Below, piece after piece: positions 50,277 to 59,571 of a stretch of DNA of 64,000 nt. Made by a program: the position numbers and the translations under genes. The stretch spans positions 384,001 to 448,000 of the forward strand of contig OZ219747.1 in assembly GCA_964291265.2 (NCBI GenBank). Reading direction: 5' to 3'. Below the pieces are notes generated by a model. It did no database searches and was not told the DNA's origin. It saw only the letters and a list, made by a program, of their open reading frames with translations. The DNA is from Alphaproteobacteria bacterium (GTDB lineage Bacteria; Pseudomonadota; Alphaproteobacteria; SP197). Position 1 is the first letter of the stretch, and each line of letters begins with the position of its first letter.

Positions 50277-52651
50277 CTTTCAACCAGACACTGTTGAATC
50301 CATCTTTTTCAGCATATCGAGTTCCTGCAGTTTCCGCATATTTCGGTGATGTTCGACGAAGGTGAGGAGGATTTCGTATCCCTGCCAGAGTTTCTCAGTC
50401 CCCGGCAGGGGTTGACGTTTTCTGGGAATGAAGCCCGCCAGGCGTGCGACGTCGACGGCGAAGGCTGCGATGGTCGGTTCGGGATCGGGAGGTCCACGCG
50501 GCGTGCGCTGTCGGCTGACCTTATAGATGTTCAGGACCGTGATCTCGTCGCGGTGGACGATGTGGCTTGCCGGGGTGTCTGGTGCCGAGCGTGCGAGGCG
50601 CTCGACGGTCATGACGCGGCATGCGGTGATGGCGTCGAAGGCCAGACACTTCCTCAGATCGTCGGCCTGGTTGAGGCGCCGGTCCTTGATCCGGGTGCCG
50701 ACCTTCAGGGCCTTGAAGTACTCTTCGATCCACCATCGCCTCTCGTAGAAGGAGACGGTCTTGAGGGCATCGTCTGCGGTGACGTCGCCTTCGGTGGTGA
50801 GCAGCATCCAGTCGAGAGGATCGCGGCCTGGCGGTGGGGCGGGTTCCGTGACCCGCACGGCCATCATGGAGAGCGGCGGCGTTGCCTGAGGCTTCTTGTC
50901 CGGCGGAGCCAGGTCGACCCTTGCCGCACGGACTTCGAGGCGTACGCCCTTGCGCTCCTTGCGACGACGCGGCCCTCCGCAGGCTGCGATGTCGATCTGC
51001 TTCGTTGCGATGCACGGCTCGTCCGCCATGTAGTCCCAAAGGTCCCGGCAGGCGCCCGTTGCGGTGACCACGCGGCGCCGTGTCGAGCGCCTGACGCGCA
51101 CCAGCAGACCGGCCTCGTGCTCCGTGCTCCGGGCCAGCAGGTCCCAGATGTCGCCTTCACGGTCACAGATCACCAACACCCTTGTCGAAGGACAGGCAGC
51201 GGCCAGTTCCACGGCCTTGTCGTACCCGTCGAGCCAGCGCCGGCTCTCCTTGTCGTCTGGCTCGTCCTTCTTCTGATCCGGCTTGAGACGGAAGTCGGCG
51301 TCGAGATGGAACAGGCCGAGGGATGAGCCGCCTTCGCTGAAGGCAACCCCGGCATGGGCCGCCATGCCAAGGGCGCCCGAGCCGCCGCCGCCGATGTCAA
51401 CAAGACCCTTGGTCGCCTCCAAGCCGTTGTCATTCAAGAACGTCGTGTCCTGGATGGCAAGAATCAGGCGCTGCGAACGGCAGCGTTCCACCATCGCTTC
51501 CTGGTGCCCCTCAAGGATATGCTCCATCGTCACCCTCGGATTCGACAACAAGCGGTAGGCCGCCTTCTGCTCCGCCTCGCCGGGGAAGATCACCGGCAGG
51601 ATCGCGCCGGGACGATCGTTCCACGCCCGGCCCATGGTGACAAGGCGCTCGCGGATGCGCACGTCACTGTGGCTGCTGCGGGCGTACTCCCTCATCGCCC
51701 AGTCGGTCCTGTCATCACCGACAAGGGGCGCCGCCTGGCCCATGACACGCTCAGGCTCCCGGCACAGCACGGCGCGCCAGTCAGGCGTCAGGGGCTTCAT
51801 CCATACGGACCGCTGCACGCCCGGGCCGGTGGCCCCGGGAGGTCGACCCGAGGTCATCTCCTCACAGCGCTCCCAGCCCGCCGCCCGGTAGCTCACGCCG
51901 CTGTGCTCGGGACCCACATACGTGTACGCCAGAACCGGCTTCACCCCGTACTTCTCGTGCCAGTCCGTAGCCAGACGCCGGCAGGCACAGGCCAGGGCAT
52001 GGGAGGCCAACTCCTTCACATCCACCGATGGAAGAATCAGGAAGCGATCATTGTTGACGATCTCGCCGAGGTGGGCGACACGGGCTCCCTGGGACCAGCC
52101 GATGAAGTCGTCGCGCGCCTTCTGGTGCCAACTCGCCGCACCAAACACCAGGCCGCCGAGGCGACCGTGGCGCGACGAGGTGATCCAGTAGCTCACCCGG
52201 GCTCCGGGTGCGCACGCCTCGCCTTCGGGATGCCAGGTCGCCATCATCGAACGGGCCAGGCGCTTGTCCTCGCCCTCGCCCACAGGCTCCAAGGTGACCT
52301 CTCCAAGGTCCTCCAGAGAACAGGCGAGGAGCTTGTCGGGATAGTCCCGCTCAAGGATGTCGGCGCCGGTGCCGAAGGCATCAGGCCTTGGTGCAGGAAG
52401 GGCGATGTCGAGCGACGCAGCAAGGTCAGGCAGGGCCGCACGCGCCGAGGCAAGACAGAGCTCGCCCTTCGCGTTGCGCCACTCCTCGCGCTCGCACAAT
52501 CCCCGCGCCAGAGACGAGCGTGTGCTGCCCTCGGCAGCCGACGCCGCCTTCAGCCAGTCAACCGTCGTCGCAGACAGATGTCGAAAGCCGATCCTCATGG
52601 GCCACTATGTAAGGCCTCATGAACGTCGAGTCAAGCCTGTCCCGTTGAAAG
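50277..52651 (-). mobile_element. IS4-family element A (2375 bp)
   Basis: TIRs CTTTCAACCAGACA / CTTTCAACGGGACA; 9-bp TSD GACACACAC at 50268-76 and 52652-60. Confidence 0.93.
50280..52598 (-). CDS. IS4/IS50-type transposase with N-terminal DUF4338 (DruA-like) domain
   Basis: ARDDFIGW, VNNDRFLILP, GVSYRAAGW; Tn5-like DNA-binding WAMREY; DDE motifs AIQDTT, CDREGD, YERRWWIEEYFKALK. Confidence 0.9.
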   Translation of the reverse strand: MRIGFRHLSATTVDWLKAASAAEGSTRSSLARGLCEREEWRNAKGELCLASARAALPDLAASLDIALPAPRPDAFGTGADILERDYPDKLLACSLEDLGEVTLEPVGEGEDKRLARSMMATWHPEGEACAPGARVSYWITSSRHGRLGGLVFGAASWHQKARDDFIGWSQGARVAHLGEIVNNDRFLILPSVDVKELASHALACACRRLATDWHEKYGVKPVLAYTYVGPEHSGVSYRAAGWERCEEMTSGRPPGATGPGVQRSVWMKPLTPDWRAVLCREPERVMGQAAPLVGDDRTDWAMREYARSSHSDVRIRERLVTMGRAWNDRPGAILPVIFPGEAEQKAAYRLLSNPRVTMEHILEGHQEAMVERCRSQRLILAIQDTTFLNDNGLEATKGLVDIGGGGSGALGMAAHAGVAFSEGGSSLGLFHLDADFRLKPDQKKDEPDDKESRRWLDGYDKAVELAAACPSTRVLVICDREGDIWDLLARSTEHEAGLLVRVRRSTRRRVVTATGACRDLWDYMADEPCIATKQIDIAACGGPRRRKERKGVRLEVRAARVDLAPPDKKPQATPPLSMMAVRVTEPAPPPGRDPLDWMLLTTEGDVTADDALKTVSFYERRWWIEEYFKALKVGTRIKDRRLNQADDLRKCLAFDAITACRVMTVERLARSAPDTPASHIVHRDEITVLNIYKVSRQRTPRGPPDPEPTIAAFAVDVARLAGFIPRKRQPLPGTEKLWQGYEILLTFVEHHRNMRKLQELDMLKKMDSTVSG

Positions 52652-52924
52652 GACACACACCGTCCGCCGGGCGCGAAGTCATCGTGCCATGCGGGGGTAT
52701 CGATTCGGCGACATTCCTCATGCATTCTGGCCTCGGCGCTGTCCACGCCCTGCGCCAGCATGACATCCTGGTTCTCGTCGACCTGCCCGGTGTCTACGGC
52801 ACTCTGCAGGACCATATCTCGACGATCCTGCCCTACCCCTGCCGAGAAACCGGGGCCCTTCGCCAGGGCCATGCGCCATGCGGCGGGCCCGGTTTCTCGG
52901 CAGCGGCCTTGCCCTGCCTATTTG

Positions 52925-55282
52925 TCATAAATCGTGCAGGGCGCGGTCATGTCCTTCCGACGTCGGATCCAGATCGAGGGCCTCGAGCAGGCATTCATAG
53001 GCCAGGGCAGCGGTGGCCAGTCGCGGATAGCCATGCCACATCGTCTGGTTGCCCGGCGCCGGATCATGCTTGCGGTCCAGATACCCGCCGAGGATCGCCA
53101 CCAGCTTCACCGCCGCCCCCAGCGTGTCGGGCGGGTCCAGCCGGTATCGCCGGGCATAGTCGCCGAGGAAGCGGAGTTCCAGGTCCGAGAACAGGCAGTC
53201 GGGCTTCATCGTCGGCACATCCCGCCCGAGCAGGGTCATCAGGGCAAGACGCCAGGCGATCACGGCGTGGATGGTGATCTGCCGTTCCAGGCGGCAGGCC
53301 TTGCGCGTCGCCAGGTGCTCCACCCGGCAGCCGGACTTCAGCACCCGGAACCAGCATTCGATCCGCCAGCGCAGCGCGTACCAGCCGACGATCTCCTGGG
53401 CCGCTTCGGCGTGGTCCACAGGAAGGTCGGTCAACAGGAACCATTCCACCGGAGCTTCCCCGGCCGGCGGGGCCGTCTCGAGGAGATGCAGCGCGGTCAC
53501 GGCCACGGGCGCGGCATCGGGGCAGCCAGCGGTCGCCGGCAGCGTGGTCGACAACCAGCGCAACTCCAGCACCGCGTTCCGCCGGGCAGTGCGGCCGGGC
53601 TGCTTCTTGCGCCCCGAGGACTTCGGCCGGGCCGTCAGGCGGGGTATGTCGATCTGCATGGTGCCGCGGCAGGCAGACGTACGTAGTCGGGTGAACAGCT
53701 TCGCAGCCCCGCGCTTGAGGACCCGGTCATGTCGAGCCCGCACCAGCATCGACAGACGGCGATGCTGCCGGCACCGGTCGAACAGTTCGAAGAAGTCCGC
53801 TTCCCGGTCCATCACGCACACGACCTTCACCCCGGTCGTCCGGGCCGCGAGGTCCGCGATGTCGTCGAGACCGTCGAGCCAGCGCTGCGACTTGCGCCGG
53901 GACATCTCGACATCCTCGCCCGAACCGGTCTTTGCCCGGGGGCGGGGAGGAGCGTCGAAGGCAAGACGCGCCACCCCCAGCGGCAGGCCTTCGCCGCTGA
54001 CAACGTAGCTGGCGTGCAGGTGCAGGCCCAGGGTCTGCGAGGCCGTCTGGTTCGTGCCGATGATGCCCAGACCGTCGCAGCCCGGACGGGTCGCGAAGTT
54101 CAGGTCCGTCCCGTCCTGAATGCACAACGCCACCCGCTGGCCGCACATCCGCTGCACCGTTCGTTGACGGTGCGGCGCCAGGATGTTCGCCGGGGTCACC
54201 GCCGACGTCTCCGGCTGATCCAGGAACCGATAATAGGCCCGGACACCGGCAGGATCCGGGCGCGCCAGACCGCTGTAGGACGACATCGGACTCTCTCCCT
54301 GTCTTCGTGCAATCTCCACCAGGCGCGCACTCAGACGCCGGTCGCCGATCGGCGCTCCCCCGAACTCGTGGTGCGCCCACGCCGAGGCGTCCAGACCCTC
54401 CCCCGGGGACAGGGCCGGCATCGGCTCCGCCACCCCCAGCTTGTGCCGCCAGTCCCGGTCCAGAACGTACATGTACACGGCCTTGACGCTCTCGGCCATC
54501 TCGCGCGCGCGGTCCTGACGGCCTCGGCCCCGGGTGAACCCCACGAGCTGCCAGTTCGCCGCCCGCAGGCTCGCACCGTCGCGCGTCGGGTCGACATAGG
54601 TCTCGACCAGCCATGGCAGGAACCCGTAGCGCTGCGCAACATCGGCGCCCAGGCGAGACAGGCACATCGACAGCGTCTTCGACGCAAGGTTCGCAACCGG
54701 CACCCGGATCAGAAACCGGCTCATCGACAGCACCCGGTGTCGCTCCGCACGACGCCGGTCGGCATCCCAGCCGATCCAGGCATCCCGATCCGCCACCTTC
54801 AGCGCCGCTGCGGCAAAGCCGAAACCGCCGAGACAGCCGTGAGCGGAATCCACCAGATAGCGCAGCTGATGACCGGCCAGAATGGGAGCGCCGAGAAAGT
54901 GCTCCCGCGCCATCAGTTCGTTCCAGAGCGCCCGTTCGGCATCCGTGCGCACCAGCAGGATCCGCAGACCCTGGATCGCCGCCACGCTCGCCGGCACATC
55001 ACGCGGCTTCTCCACCGCCTCGCCGAGCCGGCGGGGCGTTGCCCGACGCCGCTGACCGGAGGGCTCCGGCAAGCCCTCGATCCTGCCCTGCGATGCCAGC
55101 TGCTTCAGGGCCACGACACAGCTCGATACCCGCTCGCGTCCCCGTGCGTCCCGCAGGCCGAAGTGCCGGCACACTTCCAGCGCCAGGCGGTTTTGACTAC
55201 TATCGCCGCTCTCGGTGACGATCGACTGCAGGCGATCGAGCTGGTCCTCGAGGACGCGTTTGATCGGAATGTGTGCTTCCAT
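52925..55282 (-). CDS. IS4/IS50-type transposase with N-terminal DUF4338 (DruA-like) domain
   Basis: EHFLG...QLRYL, DRDAWIGW, SRFLIR..NLAS, ETYVDP..GASLRAANW; CIQDGTDL, MDREADF, YALRWRIECWFRVLKSG. Confidence 0.9.
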   Translation of the reverse strand: MEAHIPIKRVLEDQLDRLQSIVTESGDSSQNRLALEVCRHFGLRDARGRERVSSCVVALKQLASQGRIEGLPEPSGQRRRATPRRLGEAVEKPRDVPASVAAIQGLRILLVRTDAERALWNELMAREHFLGAPILAGHQLRYLVDSAHGCLGGFGFAAAALKVADRDAWIGWDADRRRAERHRVLSMSRFLIRVPVANLASKTLSMCLSRLGADVAQRYGFLPWLVETYVDPTRDGASLRAANWQLVGFTRGRGRQDRAREMAESVKAVYMYVLDRDWRHKLGVAEPMPALSPGEGLDASAWAHHEFGGAPIGDRRLSARLVEIARRQGESPMSSYSGLARPDPAGVRAYYRFLDQPETSAVTPANILAPHRQRTVQRMCGQRVALCIQDGTDLNFATRPGCDGLGIIGTNQTASQTLGLHLHASYVVSGEGLPLGVARLAFDAPPRPRAKTGSGEDVEMSRRKSQRWLDGLDDIADLAARTTGVKVVCVMDREADFFELFDRCRQHRRLSMLVRARHDRVLKRGAAKLFTRLRTSACRGTMQIDIPRLTARPKSSGRKKQPGRTARRNAVLELRWLSTTLPATAGCPDAAPVAVTALHLLETAPPAGEAPVEWFLLTDLPVDHAEAAQEIVGWYALRWRIECWFRVLKSGCRVEHLATRKACRLERQITIHAVIAWRLALMTLLGRDVPTMKPDCLFSDLELRFLGDYARRYRLDPPDTLGAAVKLVAILGGYLDRKHDPAPGNQTMWHGYPRLATAALAYECLLEALDLDPTSEGHDRALHDL

Positions 55283-55379
55283 GCAGGGCAGGGTCAGACG
55301 TCCTGACCTCGTGAGTTGACTTGATCCGTCCGGACCTTCTTTTTTTCCAACACAATGAACGGGTTTCCCAGTTTTTTGC

Positions 55380-55430
55380 TTGACACCATAGCCGTGGGGT
55401 GATCCAATATAACATGACGCCTATATTGGA
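55380..55430 (+). promoter_or_regulatory. Transposase promoter with operator-like palindrome
   Basis: TTGACA at 55380; TCCAATATA-N10-TATATTGGA at 55403-55430. Confidence 0.6.
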
Positions 55431-55442
55431 GCATTCCAGGCC

Positions 55443-57708
55443 ATGAACACGCTCGCAATGCACCCTCCCGAAGCCGTCCAGATCGGAACCTCGTGCTTCT
55501 CCCTTGCCGACCTCGACGGACAGACCGTCTACTTCTCGAACATGGAGCCCTTCGACTGCCACGACGAGGGCGACCGGCCGGCCATGCTGCTGCGGATCGC
55601 CAGGTTCGTCAGGCACGGCGTTCCTCAAAGAGACCTGCAGGCGGCCTTCGACGTGAGCCGCGCGACCGTGCAGCGGGCTTATGAGGAAGCTCCGGGACAG
55701 GGGTGAAGCGAGCTTCTACGAGCCACGCAAGGGCCGTGGTCTCAGCGTGATCACAGGCGAGACGGCAGCCGCGGCGAACCGTCTCCTGGCCGAGGGCATG
55801 AACGCCGCGGCACTGGCCCGGGAACTGGGGATCGCGAGATCGACGGCGTACTACAACCTCAGCAACGGCTTCATCGGCGGCGGAGAGCGGCCGCAGGCGG
55901 CGCAAGTCGACGAGGCCACGCGATGCCCGGACGATCTTCTCGGCCGCGGCGAACGGGACCGTCGCGACAGGGTCGCGCCGATGGGGCGCGGCGCGCGCGA
56001 CAGCGCCGGGCGCGTCGCGGCCTCGACGGGAGCCATGAGCGAAGCGCCGCCGCGCTTCGACGAGCCACTCTCGGCGGTCGCCGGCGGCGGCGTCCTGGCG
56101 GCGCTGCCGGCGCTGCTGAAGGAGGGTCTCCTGGAGCACGCGGACAGGTTCCTGTCGCTGCCGAAAGGGTACTACGGGCTGACGAGCGTGCTTCTCATGC
56201 TCGCCTTCCTGTTCATGGCCCGGATCCGCAACCCCGAGGCGCTGCGCCACGAGGCGCCCGGGGAACGGGGTGCGGTCCTGGGGCTCGACCGCTGCCCGGA
56301 GGTCAAGACGCTGCGGCGCAAGATCAGGGCGCTGGCGAGCGACCCGCAGCGGGTCCGGGACTGGCAGGACGCGCTGGCGAAGGACTGGATCGCGGAGGCG
56401 CCGGATGTCTGCGCGACACTGTCGGTGGACGGGCACGTGAAGGTGTATACCGGCCGCAAGGGTCGCCTGCCGAAGTACTTCGTGTCACGTCAGAAGCTCT
56501 GTCTGCCGGCCTCGACAGGCTATTGGGTCAACGCGCTCGGCGGCCGGCCGCTCCTGTGCCTGCACAAGGACCTCGATCCGACCATGACGCACGCGCTGGA
56601 GCACGACATCCTGCCCGCGCTGGAGCGGCTCGGCCTGCCGGGGCCGGAGGCGCCGGACCTCGCCAGGGGAGAGGCGGTCGCGCCGGGGCTGACGCTGGTG
56701 TTCGACCGCGAGGGCTGGAGCCCGGCGCTGTTCGCCCGCCTCGCCCGGCGCGGGGTGGCGGTGATCACCTGGCACAAGGGGTTCCGGAGCGATCCCTGGC
56801 CACAGGGAGAGTTCCGCACGGTCCGGGCGCCGCTCCACTCACCAGGTGGCGTCCGCACCGCCGAGGTGCGGCTCGCACAGAGACGGATCACGCTGTCCGG
56901 CGGACCGCAGGTGCGCCAGATCCGGCGTCTTCTGGACAGCGGCCGGCAGGTGCCGCTTGTCACCACGGACATGCACACGCCCATGGAGCGGGTCGCCGGC
57001 GCGCTGTTCTCGCGCTGGTCCCAGGAGAACTTCTTCAAGTACATGCGCCAGGAGTTCGGCCTCGACACGCTGGCCGTGCACGGCCTTGTCGAGCAGGACC
57101 CCGAAGCGCGCGTCGTCCATCCGCACTGGCGCCGCTGCGACCGCCGCATCCGCCAGCTGCGCCAGAAGCTCGGCACACTGCGCAACCGCGTCGCCGACCT
57201 GCTCAAGGGCGCCCCGTCCGACACCGCCATCACGGCCGCCGCGACGCTGCAGGACAAGATCGTGACGCTCGACGCCGAGCACGAGGCGCTCAAGGTCCGG
57301 CGTTCAGAAATCCCGAAACATGTCACCGTGGCCGAGCTCGACGAGAACGACAGGCTCGACGCCCTGCCCTCCAGCGAGAGGCTGCTGCTCGACATCGTTC
57401 GCATGATCGCCTACCGCGCCGAAACCTGGATGATGGCCGCCGTCGCCCAGGCCCAGGGCGCAAAACAGCGTCCGCGACGCCCCCTCGCCGAACTGTTCCA
57501 GTCGGACGCCGACATCATCCCCGATCAGGAAAACCGCGTCCTGCGGGTGCGCTTCCTCGGCACCGCCAGCAACGCGCGCGACGCCGATATCGCCGGACTG
57601 CTCGACGAACTCAACCAGACGCGCACGACCTTCCCAGGAACCGACCTGCGCATGATCTACGAACTGCCAGACAACCCAGCCAAACTCGGCCCAGAAGCAT
57701 CAAACTGA
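55443..57708 (+). CDS. Putative DDE transposase (about 755 aa), split by a 1-nt frameshift at about 55680
   Basis: N-terminal HTH runs across two ORFs (VSRATVQRA|MRKLRDRG); LSVDGHVKVY, LVFDREGWS, FSRWSQENFFKY. Confidence 0.8.
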
Positions 57709-58480
57709 TTGGACAAATTCATAGCCGAGGTCAGGACGTCTGAGGGTGCACCATCCGAATCATCTTGTCCAGCACGATTTATGACCCAAGAGTAGGCCTT
57801 GCCAGCGACCCTCCAGCAGGAATCACCGCCATCCTCGAGACCGACGTCAGACTGTCGGCGCCCGACATCCGGCTCCCTTCCTGCGGCAGCCCGCGCAACG
57901 CCGGTCCGTGACGCCTCGAACCCTTCACGGATGGCTTTGTCTTCCCCGCAACGGGGAACGGATCACGCTCGCCGATGGGAATCCTGCGGCATGGACGCCT
58001 CTGCAGTTGACGTTCCTTGCCAGGGAGAACGACTGGAAGGCGATGCGCCGGGTATCGAGCTTGCCCGCGATGTCCCTTCGCAGCTGCTCTCGGGCCCTTA
58101 CACAGACGCCGGGACCGGGAGGCAGGGATATCGGCGATCACATCCGATCGGCTCCCATCTCCGTGCATCATCCGCCGGGCGCCTGCTCGATGGGACGTGA
58201 CGGCGATCCGGCAGCGGTCGTCGACCGGATCCTGGAAGTCCATGGAGCCACGGTCCTGAGGGTCATCGATGCCGCGTCATGCCGCGCCTCGCGAGCGTCG
58301 GCGTCAACGCCGCTCCCATCGCCGTGGCGGAGCGTGCAGCCGGCCTCATTCCGGACAATCCGCCGCTTCCTCAGGTGGCGGAGATCATTGCGGATGGCGG
58401 AGGGCATCCTGTAGGCTCAGGCTCCCTGATCCGGCCCCCTGCCCTCCGGGGAACGGATTGACCTGACGAGGGAGATCCCC

Positions 58481-59527
58481 ATGAAGCAATCCGCAAGAAA
58501 GTTCATTGTCGGGCTCGCGGCGGGAGCCGTCATGGCGTTCGGCGTCATCGGGGCCGCAGTGGCCGACGACGTCACGAGCATTGCGGTTCTCGTTCCTGAA
58601 CAGGGCACGGATTTCGGCTGGAACCAGCAGGGTGTCGATGCCGCACGCACCGTCGCGGACATGCACGGCCTCGACTTCATGCCGGCAGAAGGTCTGGGCT
58701 ATGGCGACGTCCGCCCCACACTGCGCGAACTCGCCGAGGACGGCGCCAGCCTGATGATCGCCCACGCCAGCGGGTACAACACGGCGGCCCCGGAGATCGC
58801 TGCCGAGACCGGTGTGCCGGTGGCCATTGTCGACAGCCCCGATGCCATCCAGGAGGGCCTGGTCGCAGACTACACGCTCCACGGCCACGAAGGAGCCTGG
58901 CTCGCCGGGGCCATGGCCGCGATGATGAGCCGCTCGGGAACCGTGGGCATCGTCGTTTCCGGTGAACCGCCGTCGTGGAATTCCCAGTCCGCCGGGTTTG
59001 CCATGGGCGCCCGCGCCACAAATCCCGACATCAACATCGTCTACGCCGTGATCGGCCCGGCCGCCTACGGTGATGTCGCCGGTGGACGCCGTGTCACGGA
59101 GACGGTGATTGCCGCAGGCGCCGATATCATCTTCGGACAGGGGAACGGTTCCAGTTTCGGCATGATCCAGGCGGTCGAAACGACCGCAGCCGCGGACGGT
59201 GGCAAGGTGTGGTTCATCGACGTGATCGGCGACAAGACATCCCAGGCCGCCAGCCACCTCCTCAGTTCCGTCCTGTGGAACATGGTTCCAGTCTATTCCG
59301 CCATGCTCGAAGACCTCAAGGCGGGCACCTTCGGAACCGTGGGATACAAGATCCAGCTGGCCGATGATTCCGTCCAGTTGCTGAAGACCGACAACATTCC
59401 GGATGAAGTCTGGACGGCGGTCATGGCCAGGCGCAATGACATCCTCTCCGGCATGATGATCGACCTCATCACGGATGCCCGGAAGGTCCGTGCACTGATG
59501 ACGTCGATCGATATCGGCAAGGACTGA
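58481..59527 (+). CDS. BMP-family ABC substrate-binding protein (putative vitamin B6 transporter)
   Basis: Signal peptide; TDFGWNQQG, GLGYGDVRPTLRELA, AHASGYN; lies between B6-degradation pseudogenes. Confidence 0.85.
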   Translation: MKQSARKFIVGLAAGAVMAFGVIGAAVADDVTSIAVLVPEQGTDFGWNQQGVDAARTVADMHGLDFMPAEGLGYGDVRPTLRELAEDGASLMIAHASGYNTAAPEIAAETGVPVAIVDSPDAIQEGLVADYTLHGHEGAWLAGAMAAMMSRSGTVGIVVSGEPPSWNSQSAGFAMGARATNPDINIVYAVIGPAAYGDVAGGRRVTETVIAAGADIIFGQGNGSSFGMIQAVETTAAADGGKVWFIDVIGDKTSQAASHLLSSVLWNMVPVYSAMLEDLKAGTFGTVGYKIQLADDSVQLLKTDNIPDEVWTAVMARRNDILSGMMIDLITDARKVRALMTSIDIGKD

Positions 59528-59571
59528 ACCGGGACCTGCGTCAAGGGTCACACTGCCAGGAGCAGCGACGG

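Larger units (their letters stand above)
55295..57742 (+). mobile_element. Unclassified IS (2448 bp) nested in IS4 element B
   Basis: Perfect 17-bp TIR CAGACGTCCTGACCTCG at 55295-311 and 57726-742; 5-bp TSD AGGGT at 55290-4 and 57743-7. Confidence 0.92.
52914..57795 (-). mobile_element. IS4-family element B (2429 bp once the nested IS is removed)
   Basis: TIRs CTGCCTATTTGTCATAAATCGTGC / CTACTCTTGGGTCATAAATCGTGC; 8-bp TSD GCCTTGCC at 52906-13 and 57796-803. Confidence 0.92.
49580..58414 (+). pseudogene. GMC oxidoreductase, 4-pyridoxate dehydrogenase-like; fragments at 49580-50276, 52661-52913 and 57804-58414 separated by IS elements
   Basis: WDR...HIPLGWGRVL...WMY, AMAYVR, VQFCTYR, DYN..QDGFARLQMTI, REVIVPCGGIDS...LPGV..LQDHIS, ISVHHPPGACSMG, VNAAPIAVAERAA; many frameshifts and a collapsed GxGxxG. 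Confidence 0.8.

Noticed and set aside
50280-55282. Complete Druantia defence system
   Set aside because: No DruE helicase or other dru genes; the DUF4338 domains lie inside IS4 elements with TIRs and TSDs.
49580-58414. Calling the GMC pseudogene choline dehydrogenase betA
   Set aside because: The motifs (HIPLGWG, QFC.Y, RLQMTI) and the pdxY/lactonase context fit 4-pyridoxate dehydrogenase better.
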